The notes under the pieces are model-generated. The model searched no databases, was not told the DNA's origin, and saw only the letters and a program-made list of their open reading frames with translations. A stretch of DNA of 64,000 nt from Eubacteriales bacterium (GTDB lineage: Bacteria > Bacillota > Clostridia > Oscillospirales > CAG-382), in NCBI GenBank assembly GCA_045631825.1, contig JAZQVQ010000121.1:1129-65128 (forward strand), read 5' to 3'. Shown here in pieces: positions 37,887-46,049 of the stretch (its first letter is position 1; each line of letters opens with the position of its first letter). The translations under genes and the position numbers were made by a program.

Positions 37887-37922
37887 TGTGATTCGTTTTT
37901 AAGATGAAAGGAATTAGGGGTT

Positions 37923-38393
37923 ATGAGAACGAGTTTATGGGGTTTAGGTCAATTTTTAAAATCTAAAAACATAGATTTCTTGGATAACGAGGGTGGATTC
38001 AAAGAACATTGGGTCTGCGACGAGGGTTGTCCGAGGACACGTTTGAAGATTGTGAAATCAATATTCACCTACTTGGGTCAATCTCTCCAAGATTCGAAAT
38101 ATATTTCCATCCGAAAGAAAAGAACTTGTTTAATCGAGAACTGTGTATGCCCCGACTGTTATACTTTTATAAAAAAAGGAAACGTAACAAAAGGCAATGG
38201 TTGCAGGCTCGGAGAGCAGGATTTAGAAGAACTGTGTGAAGAAATAAACATTGACAGATGTGAAGAAATCGGTTTAGATAGATACTTGGATGAATTCAAT
38301 GAGCAACAGCCTTCATTTCTAAAAATCGGTATGGAAGAATTAAAAGCGGCCATTTTTTATTTAAAAAAGATTGAAAGGAAAAACGAATGGTAA
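37923..38393 (+). CDS. hypothetical Cys-rich protein
   Basis: 156 aa and the first plus-strand gene after the divergent region. GGAATTAGGGG lies upstream. Confidence 0.55.
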   Translation: MRTSLWGLGQFLKSKNIDFLDNEGGFKEHWVCDEGCPRTRLKIVKSIFTYLGQSLQDSKYISIRKKRTCLIENCVCPDCYTFIKKGNVTKGNGCRLGEQDLEELCEEINIDRCEEIGLDRYLDEFNEQQPSFLKIGMEELKAAIFYLKKIERKNEW

Positions 38394-38584
38394 TTGAACA
38401 TAGATACAATTTGTCGCAAACAGCGAAGGAATTGGGTGTCTCTCGTAGGACTCTCTATTATTGGATAGAGAAGGGTTTAATTCCGGAACCGCACAATACT
38501 TTGAGTGGAAACCGGTATTACACGATACAAGAGATTTTAAAAATTAAAGCGAACGATGTGAGCAAGACTGATAAGGAGGATTAA
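38387..38584 (+). CDS. MerR/excisionase-type HTH DNA-binding protein
   Basis: 65 aa. YNLSQTAKELGVSRRTLYYWIEKGLIPEP is a typical winged-HTH signature. Confidence 0.7.
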   Translation: MVIEHRYNLSQTAKELGVSRRTLYYWIEKGLIPEPHNTLSGNRYYTIQEILKIKANDVSKTDKED

Positions 38585-38585
38585 G

Positions 38586-39014
38586 ATGTACGATTATCCC
38601 GATTTAGATTACAAGACTTTATATCCTATATTATTGTTTATTTTGGAATGTCGGAAAAATCCAAAAACAATCGAGGATGCGCCATACAGCGACCACATCA
38701 AGAATGCTTTGTTTGAGTTGTGTTTTAATTTGAATGAAGATGCCAAAGGTGGGGAAGTCAAAAATCTTATGGATTTGGACATTGAAGCCGAGACTATCCG
38801 GTTATACGAGAGTATGAAAAACATCGAAATGAAGGGGAAATTGGACGAAAAAGAAAAAATTTCAGTATTAAAATTGCAAACAACGTCTTTACAAGACTTG
38901 TTAGATATGTTAAAAGAGGCGAAAGAAATCAAAAAAATCAGGGAATTTGAGGATTTAATCTTCACGATTTTGACTGATGAACAGAAAGAGAAAGTAAAAG
39001 AATTATTTAAGTAG
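38586..39014 (+). CDS. hypothetical protein
   Basis: 142-aa ORF with AAGGAGG upstream. Confidence 0.6.
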   Translation: MYDYPDLDYKTLYPILLFILECRKNPKTIEDAPYSDHIKNALFELCFNLNEDAKGGEVKNLMDLDIEAETIRLYESMKNIEMKGKLDEKEKISVLKLQTTSLQDLLDMLKEAKEIKKIREFEDLIFTILTDEQKEKVKELFK

Positions 39015-39023
39015 GGGGTTCTA

Positions 39024-41474
39024 ATGATTTTCAAAGAAAATGCGCCGAGATATTGGGCGAAAGGTCTACCTGTCATACCATTGGTAGGAAAGGCACCGGT
39101 ATTGGCTGCGTGGCAGAGGTACAACGATTCGTTACCCAACGAAAAAGAGATGGAGTATATGCTCAAAAACCACGCTGATTGCAATATGGGTTTACCGTTG
39201 GGGAAGCAATCCAGATGTGTTGCGTTAGATATTGACTCGGAGATTGGGTCTGAAATAGCGTTGATTGATGAGTTGATACCGAGTTCACCTTGGATTCGTG
39301 TGGGTAAGAAGGGTAAGGTTGTAATGTTCCGTTACAACGGCGAGAAGACTTTTCGTATCAAAGATGAAAGCGGTCGGACGATTTGTGAACTTTTGTCGAG
39401 CAGAACGCAGGTGGTGTTACCGCCATCCATTCACCCCGACACGAAAGCGCCCTACGTCGCCAACGGTGATTTGGTAGATTTGGTGGATTCGTTACCGGTT
39501 TTACCGCAAAACATCGAGGACATCTTAAGAAACGCCTTTGTGGAACGGTTGGGGTTACGGTTAAATCACGTTGGTTGGACGAAGACGGTTGATTTTGTAT
39601 CTCGTGGTTCACGTGATGTGAAGATGACGAGTGTTGCCGGTCTGTATGCCAATGCGGTTTTGCGTGGTGAGATGACGTTGAAGGAAGCCATTGAGATTTT
39701 CCGTGCGTGGTGTTCTACGCAGACCGAGCAGGTTGCGGGCGACCCGATTGACGTGGAGAAGGGCGTGAGCAATCTCGTAAAATTTTTACTGCGAAACGTC
39801 ATCGGCGAGAAGAAACGTCCTTTACCGACGGGTTGGGACAACGGGCTCACAGCGGACGAGAAAAAGCAGTTAGGTGTTGTGATTGACGAGGATGCGAACG
39901 TATCGTGGGATTTCCCCAAACTGCGTGATTATTTGAAGTCAGCATTCGAGGAATCCAACGGCGATGCGGTTGAGGTTGACCGGATTATTGACTATGCGTT
40001 AGACAAGGTCGCCCGGTCGCAGAGTATGAATTCGTTAGAAGTTGACCGTGCGTTACATCACATTGCCAATTTAACGAAGGATGCGAACGTTCCGGCCCTA
40101 CGCAAGCGTATGTTGGAAATGCAACGTGACGGCATTATGGGTTCGAACCACACGGAGATTGCGAGAGCGGTTTTGAGAGATTTGAACGACATCATACCGG
40201 ATGCGGAAGAGTTCAGCACGCAGAGGGAGTTCAATTCACTGCGGTATTACAACGACGAGTTCTGGCAGTGGGCAGGTTCGCATTGGGAGATGATGAACAA
40301 GAGTGAGATTTTGCGTTTAATTTCGAGGGAGTACGGCAATTTACCTGCGGCAACCCGTGCCAACGACCACAAGGGGATTTTGACGGTTATGAAATCGCAG
40401 TTGTGTACAGATTTAGCGGAGGACAACACTGCCGGGGTTAATTACGCCAACGGTTTTGTGGATGCGTACGGTGTTCTTCACGAACATTCCAAAAAATACG
40501 GATGTACTTACACGTTGCCGTATTGTTACAGACCGGAATTGGCGAGTTTAGAGGCCGCACCCAAGTTTGCACGGTTCTTAAAATCAGTCTGGGGACAGGA
40601 CGAAGATTACGAGGAGAAGGTGCGTGCCTTACGCCAAGTTATCGGTGCGACCATTTTCGGATTAGGACCGTCCTTTGCCCGTGCGATTTTATTGTTTGGG
40701 ATTGGGCAGTCTGGTAAAACGCAACTTTTGACCATTATTTCGAAGTTGTTACCGAGCGAGGCACTCAGTTACGTTACCCCGTACGACTTCGATGACAAGT
40801 TCAAACCGGTCAAATTATCCACTTCACTTTTGAATATTTGTGGGGAATTGGACGAAAAACGGGATATTCCCTCCGCCAATTTCAAACAGGTGGTGGACGG
40901 AAGTGTTATGCAGGGCCAATACAAAGGTCGGGATGTGTTTTCATTCGTACCAAAAGCGACACATTGGTTTGCCTCGAACCATTTACCAAAATCAAAAGAC
41001 ACCACGGAAGGGTTCAATCGGCGCTGGGCTGTGTTCACTTTCAACCGGATGGTGCCAAAAGAAGAAAAAATACGTGGTATCGGGGATATTATCGTAGCCG
41101 AAGAACGGGAAGCCATTTCAGCGTGGGCCATCGGGGCTATGGGTGACTTACATCGCAAGTCTGATTACGATTTACCCAGAAGTCATTACAAAACGGTCGA
41201 GGATATGTGTTCTGAGAACGATAGTCTTTTCTTCTTCCTGACTGCCGACGAAGGTCCTCGGAAAGTGGATGCCGGTGAGGTGGAAATGGAACGCCTATAC
41301 GAGGCTTATCGTGCCTTCTGCTACTCAATCGCCGGGGCCAAACCAATCGGACTGCGTAAATTCTATACCCGTATGCGTGAAATGGGCATAATTATGGGCT
41401 TTGGGGTTAAGCAGTTGGTTGTCGAAGGCCTGAGTCTTGACCGCACGGTCGGTGTTAAACTGGGGAGGGGATGA
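39024..41474 (+). CDS. bifunctional primase-polymerase / D5(P4)-type SF3 helicase
   Basis: 816 aa. N-terminal prim-pol pattern (GLPVIPLVGKAPVLAAWQRY ... VALDIDS ... VVLPPSIHPDT). C-terminal Walker A GIGQSGKT and Walker B-like region. Confidence 0.9.
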   Translation: MIFKENAPRYWAKGLPVIPLVGKAPVLAAWQRYNDSLPNEKEMEYMLKNHADCNMGLPLGKQSRCVALDIDSEIGSEIALIDELIPSSPWIRVGKKGKVVMFRYNGEKTFRIKDESGRTICELLSSRTQVVLPPSIHPDTKAPYVANGDLVDLVDSLPVLPQNIEDILRNAFVERLGLRLNHVGWTKTVDFVSRGSRDVKMTSVAGLYANAVLRGEMTLKEAIEIFRAWCSTQTEQVAGDPIDVEKGVSNLVKFLLRNVIGEKKRPLPTGWDNGLTADEKKQLGVVIDEDANVSWDFPKLRDYLKSAFEESNGDAVEVDRIIDYALDKVARSQSMNSLEVDRALHHIANLTKDANVPALRKRMLEMQRDGIMGSNHTEIARAVLRDLNDIIPDAEEFSTQREFNSLRYYNDEFWQWAGSHWEMMNKSEILRLISREYGNLPAATRANDHKGILTVMKSQLCTDLAEDNTAGVNYANGFVDAYGVLHEHSKKYGCTYTLPYCYRPELASLEAAPKFARFLKSVWGQDEDYEEKVRALRQVIGATIFGLGPSFARAILLFGIGQSGKTQLLTIISKLLPSEALSYVTPYDFDDKFKPVKLSTSLLNICGELDEKRDIPSANFKQVVDGSVMQGQYKGRDVFSFVPKATHWFASNHLPKSKDTTEGFNRRWAVFTFNRMVPKEEKIRGIGDIIVAEEREAISAWAIGAMGDLHRKSDYDLPRSHYKTVEDMCSENDSLFFFLTADEGPRKVDAGEVEMERLYEAYRAFCYSIAGAKPIGLRKFYTRMREMGIIMGFGVKQLVVEGLSLDRTVGVKLGRG

Positions 41475-42372
41475 TGGATAAACGTGAACTGCTCAAAATG
41501 AGTTTTGAGGACAAAGTACAACGCAGTAAAGAGTTGATTTTAGAGTGGTATTTGCAATATCGGGGTAAAGTCTATGTATCGTTTTCCGGTGGGAAGGACT
41601 CAACAGTCCTTCTCCATCTGTGCCGCAGTATCAAAGGTTGCGAAAACGTGGCGGGTGTGTTCTCAGATACCGGGTTGGAATATCCGGAGATTAGGCAGTT
41701 TGTCAAGAAACAAGAAAATATCATTTGGATTAAACCAAAAATGACCTTTAAAGAGGTCATCGAGAAGTACGGCTGGCCCGTCGTGAGCAAAGAAGTCGCT
41801 CAGAAAATCTCAGAAATCCGGAATACGGGCAGTGAGAAACTTCGGAACAAACGCCTTTATGGTGATGAACGAGGGAATGGGAAGTTACCCGCCAAATGGT
41901 TGCCAATGGTGGACGCACCTTTCAAAATCACAAGTAAATGCTGTAATATTATGAAGAAAAACGTTTTTGCGAAGTTTGAGAGAGAGAGAGTGGGTTAAAA
42001 CCAATTTTGGGTGTTATGGCCACTGAAAGCAAATTACGGATGACAAAATTCCTTAAAGGGAATTGTAATGCGTTCAGTTCGGCACATCCAAAGTCTGAAC
42101 CGTTGTCTTTTTGGACAGAGGATGATATTTGGGAATATATCCGTAGATATAATGTGGAAATCTGCGAGGTTTATACCAAATGTGGGTTGAAAAGAACCGG
42201 ATGTATGTTCTGTATGTTCGGTTGTCATTTGGGTGGGGACAAAAGATTTGAGATTATGCGGAGGCAGTGGCCTAAACAATATGCCTATATTATGGATAAG
42301 TTGGGTGGGAGAGCGGTGTTCGAGGAATATATGAGAATTGCACACCTTGAAAATAAAAATAGGGTCGAATAA
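41471..42372 (+). pseudogene. PAPS-reductase-family (PP-loop ATPase) gene interrupted by a frameshift at a (GA)6 tract
   Basis: ORF 41471..41998 carries the PP-loop SFSGGKDS. ORF 42007..42372 (open from 41980) carries the C-terminal half, including a CMFCMFGC cluster. The two frames overlap only across GAGAGAGAGAGAG (41978-41990). Confidence 0.7.
41978..41990 (+). repeat. (GA)6G dinucleotide microsatellite
   Basis: Read directly from the sequence. It is located exactly at the frame switch of the split gene. Confidence 0.95.
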
Positions 42373-42403
42373 AAAATGGGATAGTTTCATCCAAAGGTTG
42401 GTT

Positions 42404-42424
42404 TTTTGTCTAAATTTTTGTCTA
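42404..42424 (+). repeat. TTTTGTCTAA doublet (copy A)
   Basis: TTTTGTCTAAATTTTTGTCTA. A near-identical doublet lies at 46751-46771, and both sit upstream of early promoters. Confidence 0.8.
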
Positions 42425-42435
42425 CCCCCTTATGA

Positions 42436-42449
42436 GAGTCGCAAGACTC
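42436..42449 (+). repeat. hairpin-B family copy (GAGTC-GCAA-GACTC)
   Basis: 5-bp stem with a GNRA loop, downstream of the PAPS-reductase gene. Confidence 0.8.
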
Positions 42450-42496
42450 CGACTTGATAAAAAATCTATTTTTTTTATTTTTTTATAAAATAATGC

Positions 42497-42525
42497 TTGA
42501 CATTAAAACGAAAGTGTGATATAAT
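42497..42525 (+). promoter_or_regulatory. consensus sigma70 promoter P1 with extended -10
   Basis: TTGACA, 17-nt spacer ending in TGA, TATAAT. An A/T-rich UP-like tract lies upstream. Confidence 0.8.
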
Positions 42526-42595
42526 GACTATATCAAGCAAGGGGATGGATTCGCTGTTCTCACTTGATAAAATAAAAATATAAGGATATAAAACA

Positions 42596-43252
42596 ATGAA
42601 AACAAAAAACACAAAAACAACAAAAAACACAAAAAACACAAAAAACACAAAAAAAGAATACACCAACAAAGCTTTAGAAAGCCAGCTAATTTTAATTAGG
42701 AAATCAATCAAAAAAGCAAGGGAAGCTTCGCAAGAATATACAGCTAATTTAATTTACGCTTTTTTACTGGATTCGCAAGAATACAAAAAAACAGAATCCC
42801 GAATCCGTTCCATTTTAGCTGATTCGTTCGGTAATGATTGGCAAGCCGTCAAAGGGTCTGAAAATAGAAAGATTCGCTATGCTAGAATCATTTTTGAATC
42901 AAGAATCGAAGCTTTGAAAAATTGCAAAAATCCAGATGAGGTTTTGCATTATCTGAAAACGAATCAAGAACAGCTGAGTCATTCAAAAGTTTTGAATATC
43001 AATACGAATCAAGCAAGCAAGCAAGCAAGCAAGAAAGCAATCAAGCAAGAAAGCAATCAAGAAAGCAATCAAGAAAGCAAGTCGAATCTTTATGGGAAGA
43101 ATCCGAATCCAGAATCCGAATCAATGGAAGTCATAGCTTTCATCAAGTCAGCTGTGAAAAATCCGAAGCTGTTAGCTTTGATGAATGAAAAGCTAGCCGA
43201 ATCAGGTATCCGAATCCAGTGCATAGCGAATCCGATTCGGAAAGTGGCATAG
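42596..43252 (+). CDS. repeat-rich basic hypothetical protein
   Basis: 218-aa ORF with its own promoter P1 and terminator. It contains KNT repeats (9-nt A-rich units), a period-4 AAGN tract (43011-43082) and a dense GAATC cluster. Confidence 0.55.
   Translation: MKTKNTKTTKNTKNTKNTKKEYTNKALESQLILIRKSIKKAREASQEYTANLIYAFLLDSQEYKKTESRIRSILADSFGNDWQAVKGSENRKIRYARIIFESRIEALKNCKNPDEVLHYLKTNQEQLSHSKVLNINTNQASKQASKKAIKQESNQESNQESKSNLYGKNPNPESESMEVIAFIKSAVKNPKLLALMNEKLAESGIRIQCIANPIRKVA
43011..43082 (+). repeat. period-4 AAGC/AAGA/AATC tract (18 units)
   Basis: AAGCAAGCAAGCAAGCAAGCAAGAAAGCAATC... read directly. It encodes QASKQASKKAIKQESNQESNQESK. Confidence 0.9.
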
Positions 43253-43254
43253 TC

Positions 43255-43304
43255 AAGAGAGAGTCGCAAGACTCTCTTTTTTCTTTTTTTTTTCTTTTTT
43301 TTTT
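43255..43304 (+). terminator. intrinsic terminator built on a hairpin-B core
   Basis: AAGAGAGAGTC-GCAA-GACTCTCTTTT stem (8-11 bp, GNRA loop), then a T-rich tract of about 27 nt. Confidence 0.85.
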
Positions 43305-43357
43305 AACTATGCGTAAGGGTTTTTGAAAAATTTGAATCGCCCGAATCGCAAAAATCG

Positions 43358-43373
43358 GAGTCGCAAGACTCCA
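43358..43373 (+). repeat. hairpin-B family copy (GGAGTC-GCAA-GACTCC)
   Basis: 6-bp stem, 24 nt upstream of the ATG at 43398. Confidence 0.85.
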
Positions 43374-43397
43374 ACAACATTTTGAAAGGAACAAACA

Positions 43398-43553
43398 ATG
43401 ATTAAAGGTGTAATCCAACAATTTTGTAAAACATTAGAACAAGCTGAATCTATCCAATCGGAACTTTACGAGAAATACGATTCTGTGCAGTTAGTATCTT
43501 TCCCAACGACACAGGAGGAAGGAATCTACATTTTTAAAGTAGAAAAAAGGTAA
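43398..43553 (+). CDS. small hypothetical protein (51 aa, below the ORF-track cutoff)
   Basis: ATG is preceded by the canonical hairpin-B, CAACAA and GAAAGGAA leader. The frame is open to TAA at 43551-43553. Confidence 0.45.
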   Translation: MIKGVIQQFCKTLEQAESIQSELYEKYDSVQLVSFPTTQEEGIYIFKVEKR

Positions 43554-43581
43554 TTTTTAGCATTTTTTCTACCTAAAACTC

Positions 43582-43610
43582 TTGACAATACAACAAAAGT
43601 ATGATATAAT
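43582..43610 (+). promoter_or_regulatory. consensus sigma70 promoter P2 with extended -10
   Basis: CTTGACAATACAACAAAAGTATGATATAAT. The upstream TTTTTTCTACCTAAAAC is shared with P4. Confidence 0.85.
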
Positions 43611-43650
43611 CATATCTGTAATCGGGACAACCCGAAACAACTCAACCAAT

Positions 43651-43666
43651 GGAGTCCCGAGACTCC
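43651..43666 (+). repeat. hairpin-B family copy (GGAGTC-CCGA-GACTCC)
   Basis: 28 nt upstream of the ATG at 43695. Confidence 0.9.
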
Positions 43667-43694
43667 AACAACCAACCTGAAAGGAACTAACGCA

Positions 43695-44003
43695 ATGAAA
43701 CACACATTATTTATCGGATTGAATGACAAGGACACGAAACAACAAGAAATTGACACTATCACAGCCTATAAAACGCTGATTCGCCTTATGACAAAGAACG
43801 GCTACACGGGTGGGACGATTTCCCAAGCCGAGGGATTTTATACTCATCAGGACGGCAGTTTTACAACCGAAAAAATGATTCGGGTGGAAATTATCGATGC
43901 CGATGCAGTCAAGACCACTAACCTCATCAACGACATCAAGGTAGCCTTGAATCAGGAATGCGTAGGCTTACAGGAAGAAGTCGTCAAAACGAGTTTTGTG
44001 TAG
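43695..44003 (+). CDS. hypothetical protein
   Basis: 102-aa ORF with a P2 / hairpin-B / GAAAGGAA leader. Confidence 0.65.
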   Translation: MKHTLFIGLNDKDTKQQEIDTITAYKTLIRLMTKNGYTGGTISQAEGFYTHQDGSFTTEKMIRVEIIDADAVKTTNLINDIKVALNQECVGLQEEVVKTSFV

Positions 44004-44040
44004 GTGGAGTTTCCCTTATATTTATCCACCTAGCACGAGC

Positions 44041-44074
44041 AGTTTGGAGTCCCGAGACTCCAAACTGTATTTTT
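44041..44074 (+). terminator. extended hairpin-B copy with T-run (terminator candidate)
   Basis: AGTTTGGAGTC-CCGA-GACTCCAAACT (11-bp stem), then GTATTTTT. Confidence 0.6.
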
Positions 44075-44102
44075 AACCACTAATACGAAAGGAAACTTTA
44101 CA

Positions 44103-44531
44103 ATGGCAACAGCTAATTTTAAACAAATGGACAAATTTGATTTGTGGGTATATGAACCAGATTTTTGTGGGGATTTACCCGAGAATCCAGAGGAATGCGA
44201 CTATGATTTCGCTTACGAGGATTTTACCACCAATTTCGACTCTTTACCAAAGCCCAACACGGACTTTTTTGACATCAGCCTGAAATCTGGGCATTATTCT
44301 GGGGTGCAGATTTATGTGGACTACAAGCCCGACTTATGCGACCCGAAGCATCTTACCAACGAGGACACACGGTATTTTTTGGATTTACCGTTATCGGTGG
44401 CGAAGCGTAGGCACGAAGCCGAAATCAAACGAATCCAAAAGTGGCTTGCCCGACTCGGCAGAATCGGGGCAGTCAAACTGATAGCAGTGGCACGATTTTC
44501 AAATGGGGAGGTATGGTATGAACGAGCCTAA
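44103..44531 (+). CDS. hypothetical protein
   Basis: 142-aa ORF with GAAAGGAAAC upstream. Confidence 0.65.
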   Translation: MATANFKQMDKFDLWVYEPDFCGDLPENPEECDYDFAYEDFTTNFDSLPKPNTDFFDISLKSGHYSGVQIYVDYKPDLCDPKHLTNEDTRYFLDLPLSVAKRRHEAEIKRIQKWLARLGRIGAVKLIAVARFSNGEVWYERA

Positions 44532-44685
44532 ACGCACGAGAACCTATCTAACGGCACACAAAGCCAACGGACGGTGGTATTTTAAAGAACACAAAACCAA
44601 AAAACCTGATTTAGAAACTTTATTAAACAATTATTTGAAAGGAACAAACTATGGCAACACCAAAAACATTAAAACGAATCGATAA
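44518..44685 (+). CDS. small basic hypothetical protein
   Basis: ATG at 44518 is preceded by GGGGAGG. It overlaps both neighbouring ORFs. Confidence 0.35.
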   Translation: MNEPKRTRTYLTAHKANGRWYFKEHKTKKPDLETLLNNYLKGTNYGNTKNIKTNR

Positions 44686-44845
44686 GGAAAAAGCCTTAAA
44701 GATTATGAACAAACATTATTTAAACGGAACAGGATATTACGAATACGGGGATTGTGGCGACTTTATCTACGAGGAACGGGGTCGTTTATATCTCATTCGG
44801 TCAACATTCGGACAAGAGTATGAAACAGGCGAGGTGGCACAATGA
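44651..44845 (+). CDS. hypothetical protein
   Basis: 64-aa ORF with GAAAGGAACAAACT upstream. Confidence 0.55.
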   Translation: MATPKTLKRIDKEKALKIMNKHYLNGTGYYEYGDCGDFIYEERGRLYLIRSTFGQEYETGEVAQ

Positions 44846-45087
44846 AGAAATACAGAGCAACGATAGAACGGAAAGTCGTCAAGACTTTACTTTTGACTTA
44901 CGAGTTCGAGTCCCGAGACTCCGTAGACCGTATCAAAGAGGAGTTGAGAAACGGTTGGGCTGACTCATACGCAACCCCGATTGACGAGGATTATTTTGAA
45001 GAGGAGTACAACGATAGGTTGTTGACGCTTGAATCTTTGGACGAGGATTCTGAACCGTTATTTGACTTTTTGAGTGATGAAAAATAA
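44842..45087 (+). CDS. acidic hypothetical protein (contains an in-frame hairpin-B copy)
   Basis: 81 aa, ATGA overlap, GAGGTGG upstream. GAGTCCCGAGACTCC at 44908-44922 reads E-S-R-D-S. Confidence 0.6.
   Translation: MKKYRATIERKVVKTLLLTYEFESRDSVDRIKEELRNGWADSYATPIDEDYFEEEYNDRLLTLESLDEDSEPLFDFLSDEK
44908..44922 (+). repeat. hairpin-B family copy inside a CDS
   Basis: GAGTC-CCGA-GACTCC, codon-aligned as ESRDS. Confidence 0.8.
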
Positions 45088-45101
45088 TGACAAAATGAAA
45101 A

Positions 45102-45131
45102 CAGTTGGGTGTTAAACCAAGCACCCAACTG
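45102..45131 (+). repeat. 10-bp perfect hairpin CAGTTGGGTG / CACCCAACTG
   Basis: Follows the stop at 45087. It shares the CCAAGCA / CCCAACTGC motif with 45196-45214 and with the P4 leader. Confidence 0.7.
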
Positions 45132-45214
45132 CCCATACCACACTACTGACGATTCGCAACCGAAAACCAAACTGCTCGTTTTTGGGTATTCAAAACCCAA
45201 GCACCCAAGCAGTT

Positions 45215-45229
45215 GGAGTCCCGAGACTC
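45215..45229 (+). repeat. hairpin-B family copy
   Basis: GGAGTC-CCGA-GACTC, 12 nt upstream of the P3 -35 hexamer. Confidence 0.85.
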
Positions 45230-45240
45230 TGAAAAACCTC

Positions 45241-45269
45241 TTGACTTTTCTACCTGAATAAGGTAGAAT
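45241..45269 (+). promoter_or_regulatory. sigma70 promoter P3 with embedded palindromic operator candidate
   Basis: TTGACT, 17-nt spacer, TAGAAT. The palindrome TCTACCT-gaata-AGGTAGA spans the spacer and the -10. Confidence 0.7.
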
Positions 45270-45362
45270 TACTATTGCGACTAGGGAGTCTAGACCCGAA
45301 AAGATAGCAACTCACTATCCTGTCGCAATATGTTTTTGAGTTGTTTTTATAGGAGTATAAAA

Positions 45363-45866
45363 ATGATAAATTGTGATTACGAATTTTCATTTATCTTTGG
45401 AAAAATAGGGACTTGCACTTACTGTGGCGAACCTGCTGATACGATTGAACATTTAATACCTTGGTCTGTGATTACGAGCAGTGATTCGAGTAGAAAGATA
45501 AAGGGTTTCTGCACTTACGCTTGCCGAGAATGTAATTGTTTCGCATCAAATCGGGTTTTTCACACTTTTGAGGAACGAGTAAAATTTGTCCACGAAAAAT
45601 TGAGAAAGAAATACAAGCGATATATGGGGGTTGTTTGGGATAGTGGTGAATTAAACCAAACCACTGGAAATTTGAAAAAATATATACGAGGTTGTAATAC
45701 TTTGAACAAGATTGCTAGGCAACGATTAGCATATCCCACCTCAAATGAATTTTGGGAAATCCTAAATTCGGCTCGTGAGGATGCCTATTTAGACCCCAGA
45801 ATCCCAAAAAATCTTTTGGAATTTCTCGTCCCAACAGATTGGACACCAAGTTGGGTTGAAAAATAA
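45363..45866 (+). CDS. HNH-like endonuclease candidate
   Basis: ATG is preceded by AGGAG. CTYCGEPADTIEHLIPWS ... CRECNCFASN resembles an HNH/zinc-ribbon core. Confidence 0.5.
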   Translation: MINCDYEFSFIFGKIGTCTYCGEPADTIEHLIPWSVITSSDSSRKIKGFCTYACRECNCFASNRVFHTFEERVKFVHEKLRKKYKRYMGVVWDSGELNQTTGNLKKYIRGCNTLNKIARQRLAYPTSNEFWEILNSAREDAYLDPRIPKNLLEFLVPTDWTPSWVEK

Positions 45867-46049
45867 AAAACAAGGAAAGGGGGTTTTTAAGCGTTTCCTA
45901 TCACGGATACCTAAAAACCCCCGTTTGCCTCTGTAAGACCCCTTTACGGCGTTTTTAGAGGCATTTTAACTCGGAAGTATATCCCCAACTTTCGAGTTTT
46001 TTAAATTTTTAACCATTTTGGGGATATTTTTAACACGAAAGGATACACA

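Noticed and set aside
38387-38584. MerR/Xis-type HTH read as an excisionase implying a temperate lifestyle
   Set aside because: No integrase, attP-like site or CI/Cro pair is present in the window. I kept the protein as a generic DNA-binding regulator, though a Nu1-like small-terminase role cannot be excluded.
38609-39184. 191-aa minus-strand ORF
   Set aside because: It is antisense to 38586..39014 and to the start of the primase-helicase. It has no RBS and a Ser/Phe-rich composition.
42475-42711. Minus-strand 78-aa ORF rich in Phe/Val
   Set aside because: It is the reverse complement of the A-rich promoter UP region and of the KNT repeat in the 42596 gene. It has no RBS and lies antisense to a well-supported cassette.
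43649-43690. Upstream mini-ORF MESRDSNNQPERN that would translate a hairpin-B copy
   Set aside because: An ATG precedes the hairpin only at this copy. Other intergenic copies lack a start codon or are in a different frame, so conservation is at the nucleotide or structure level.
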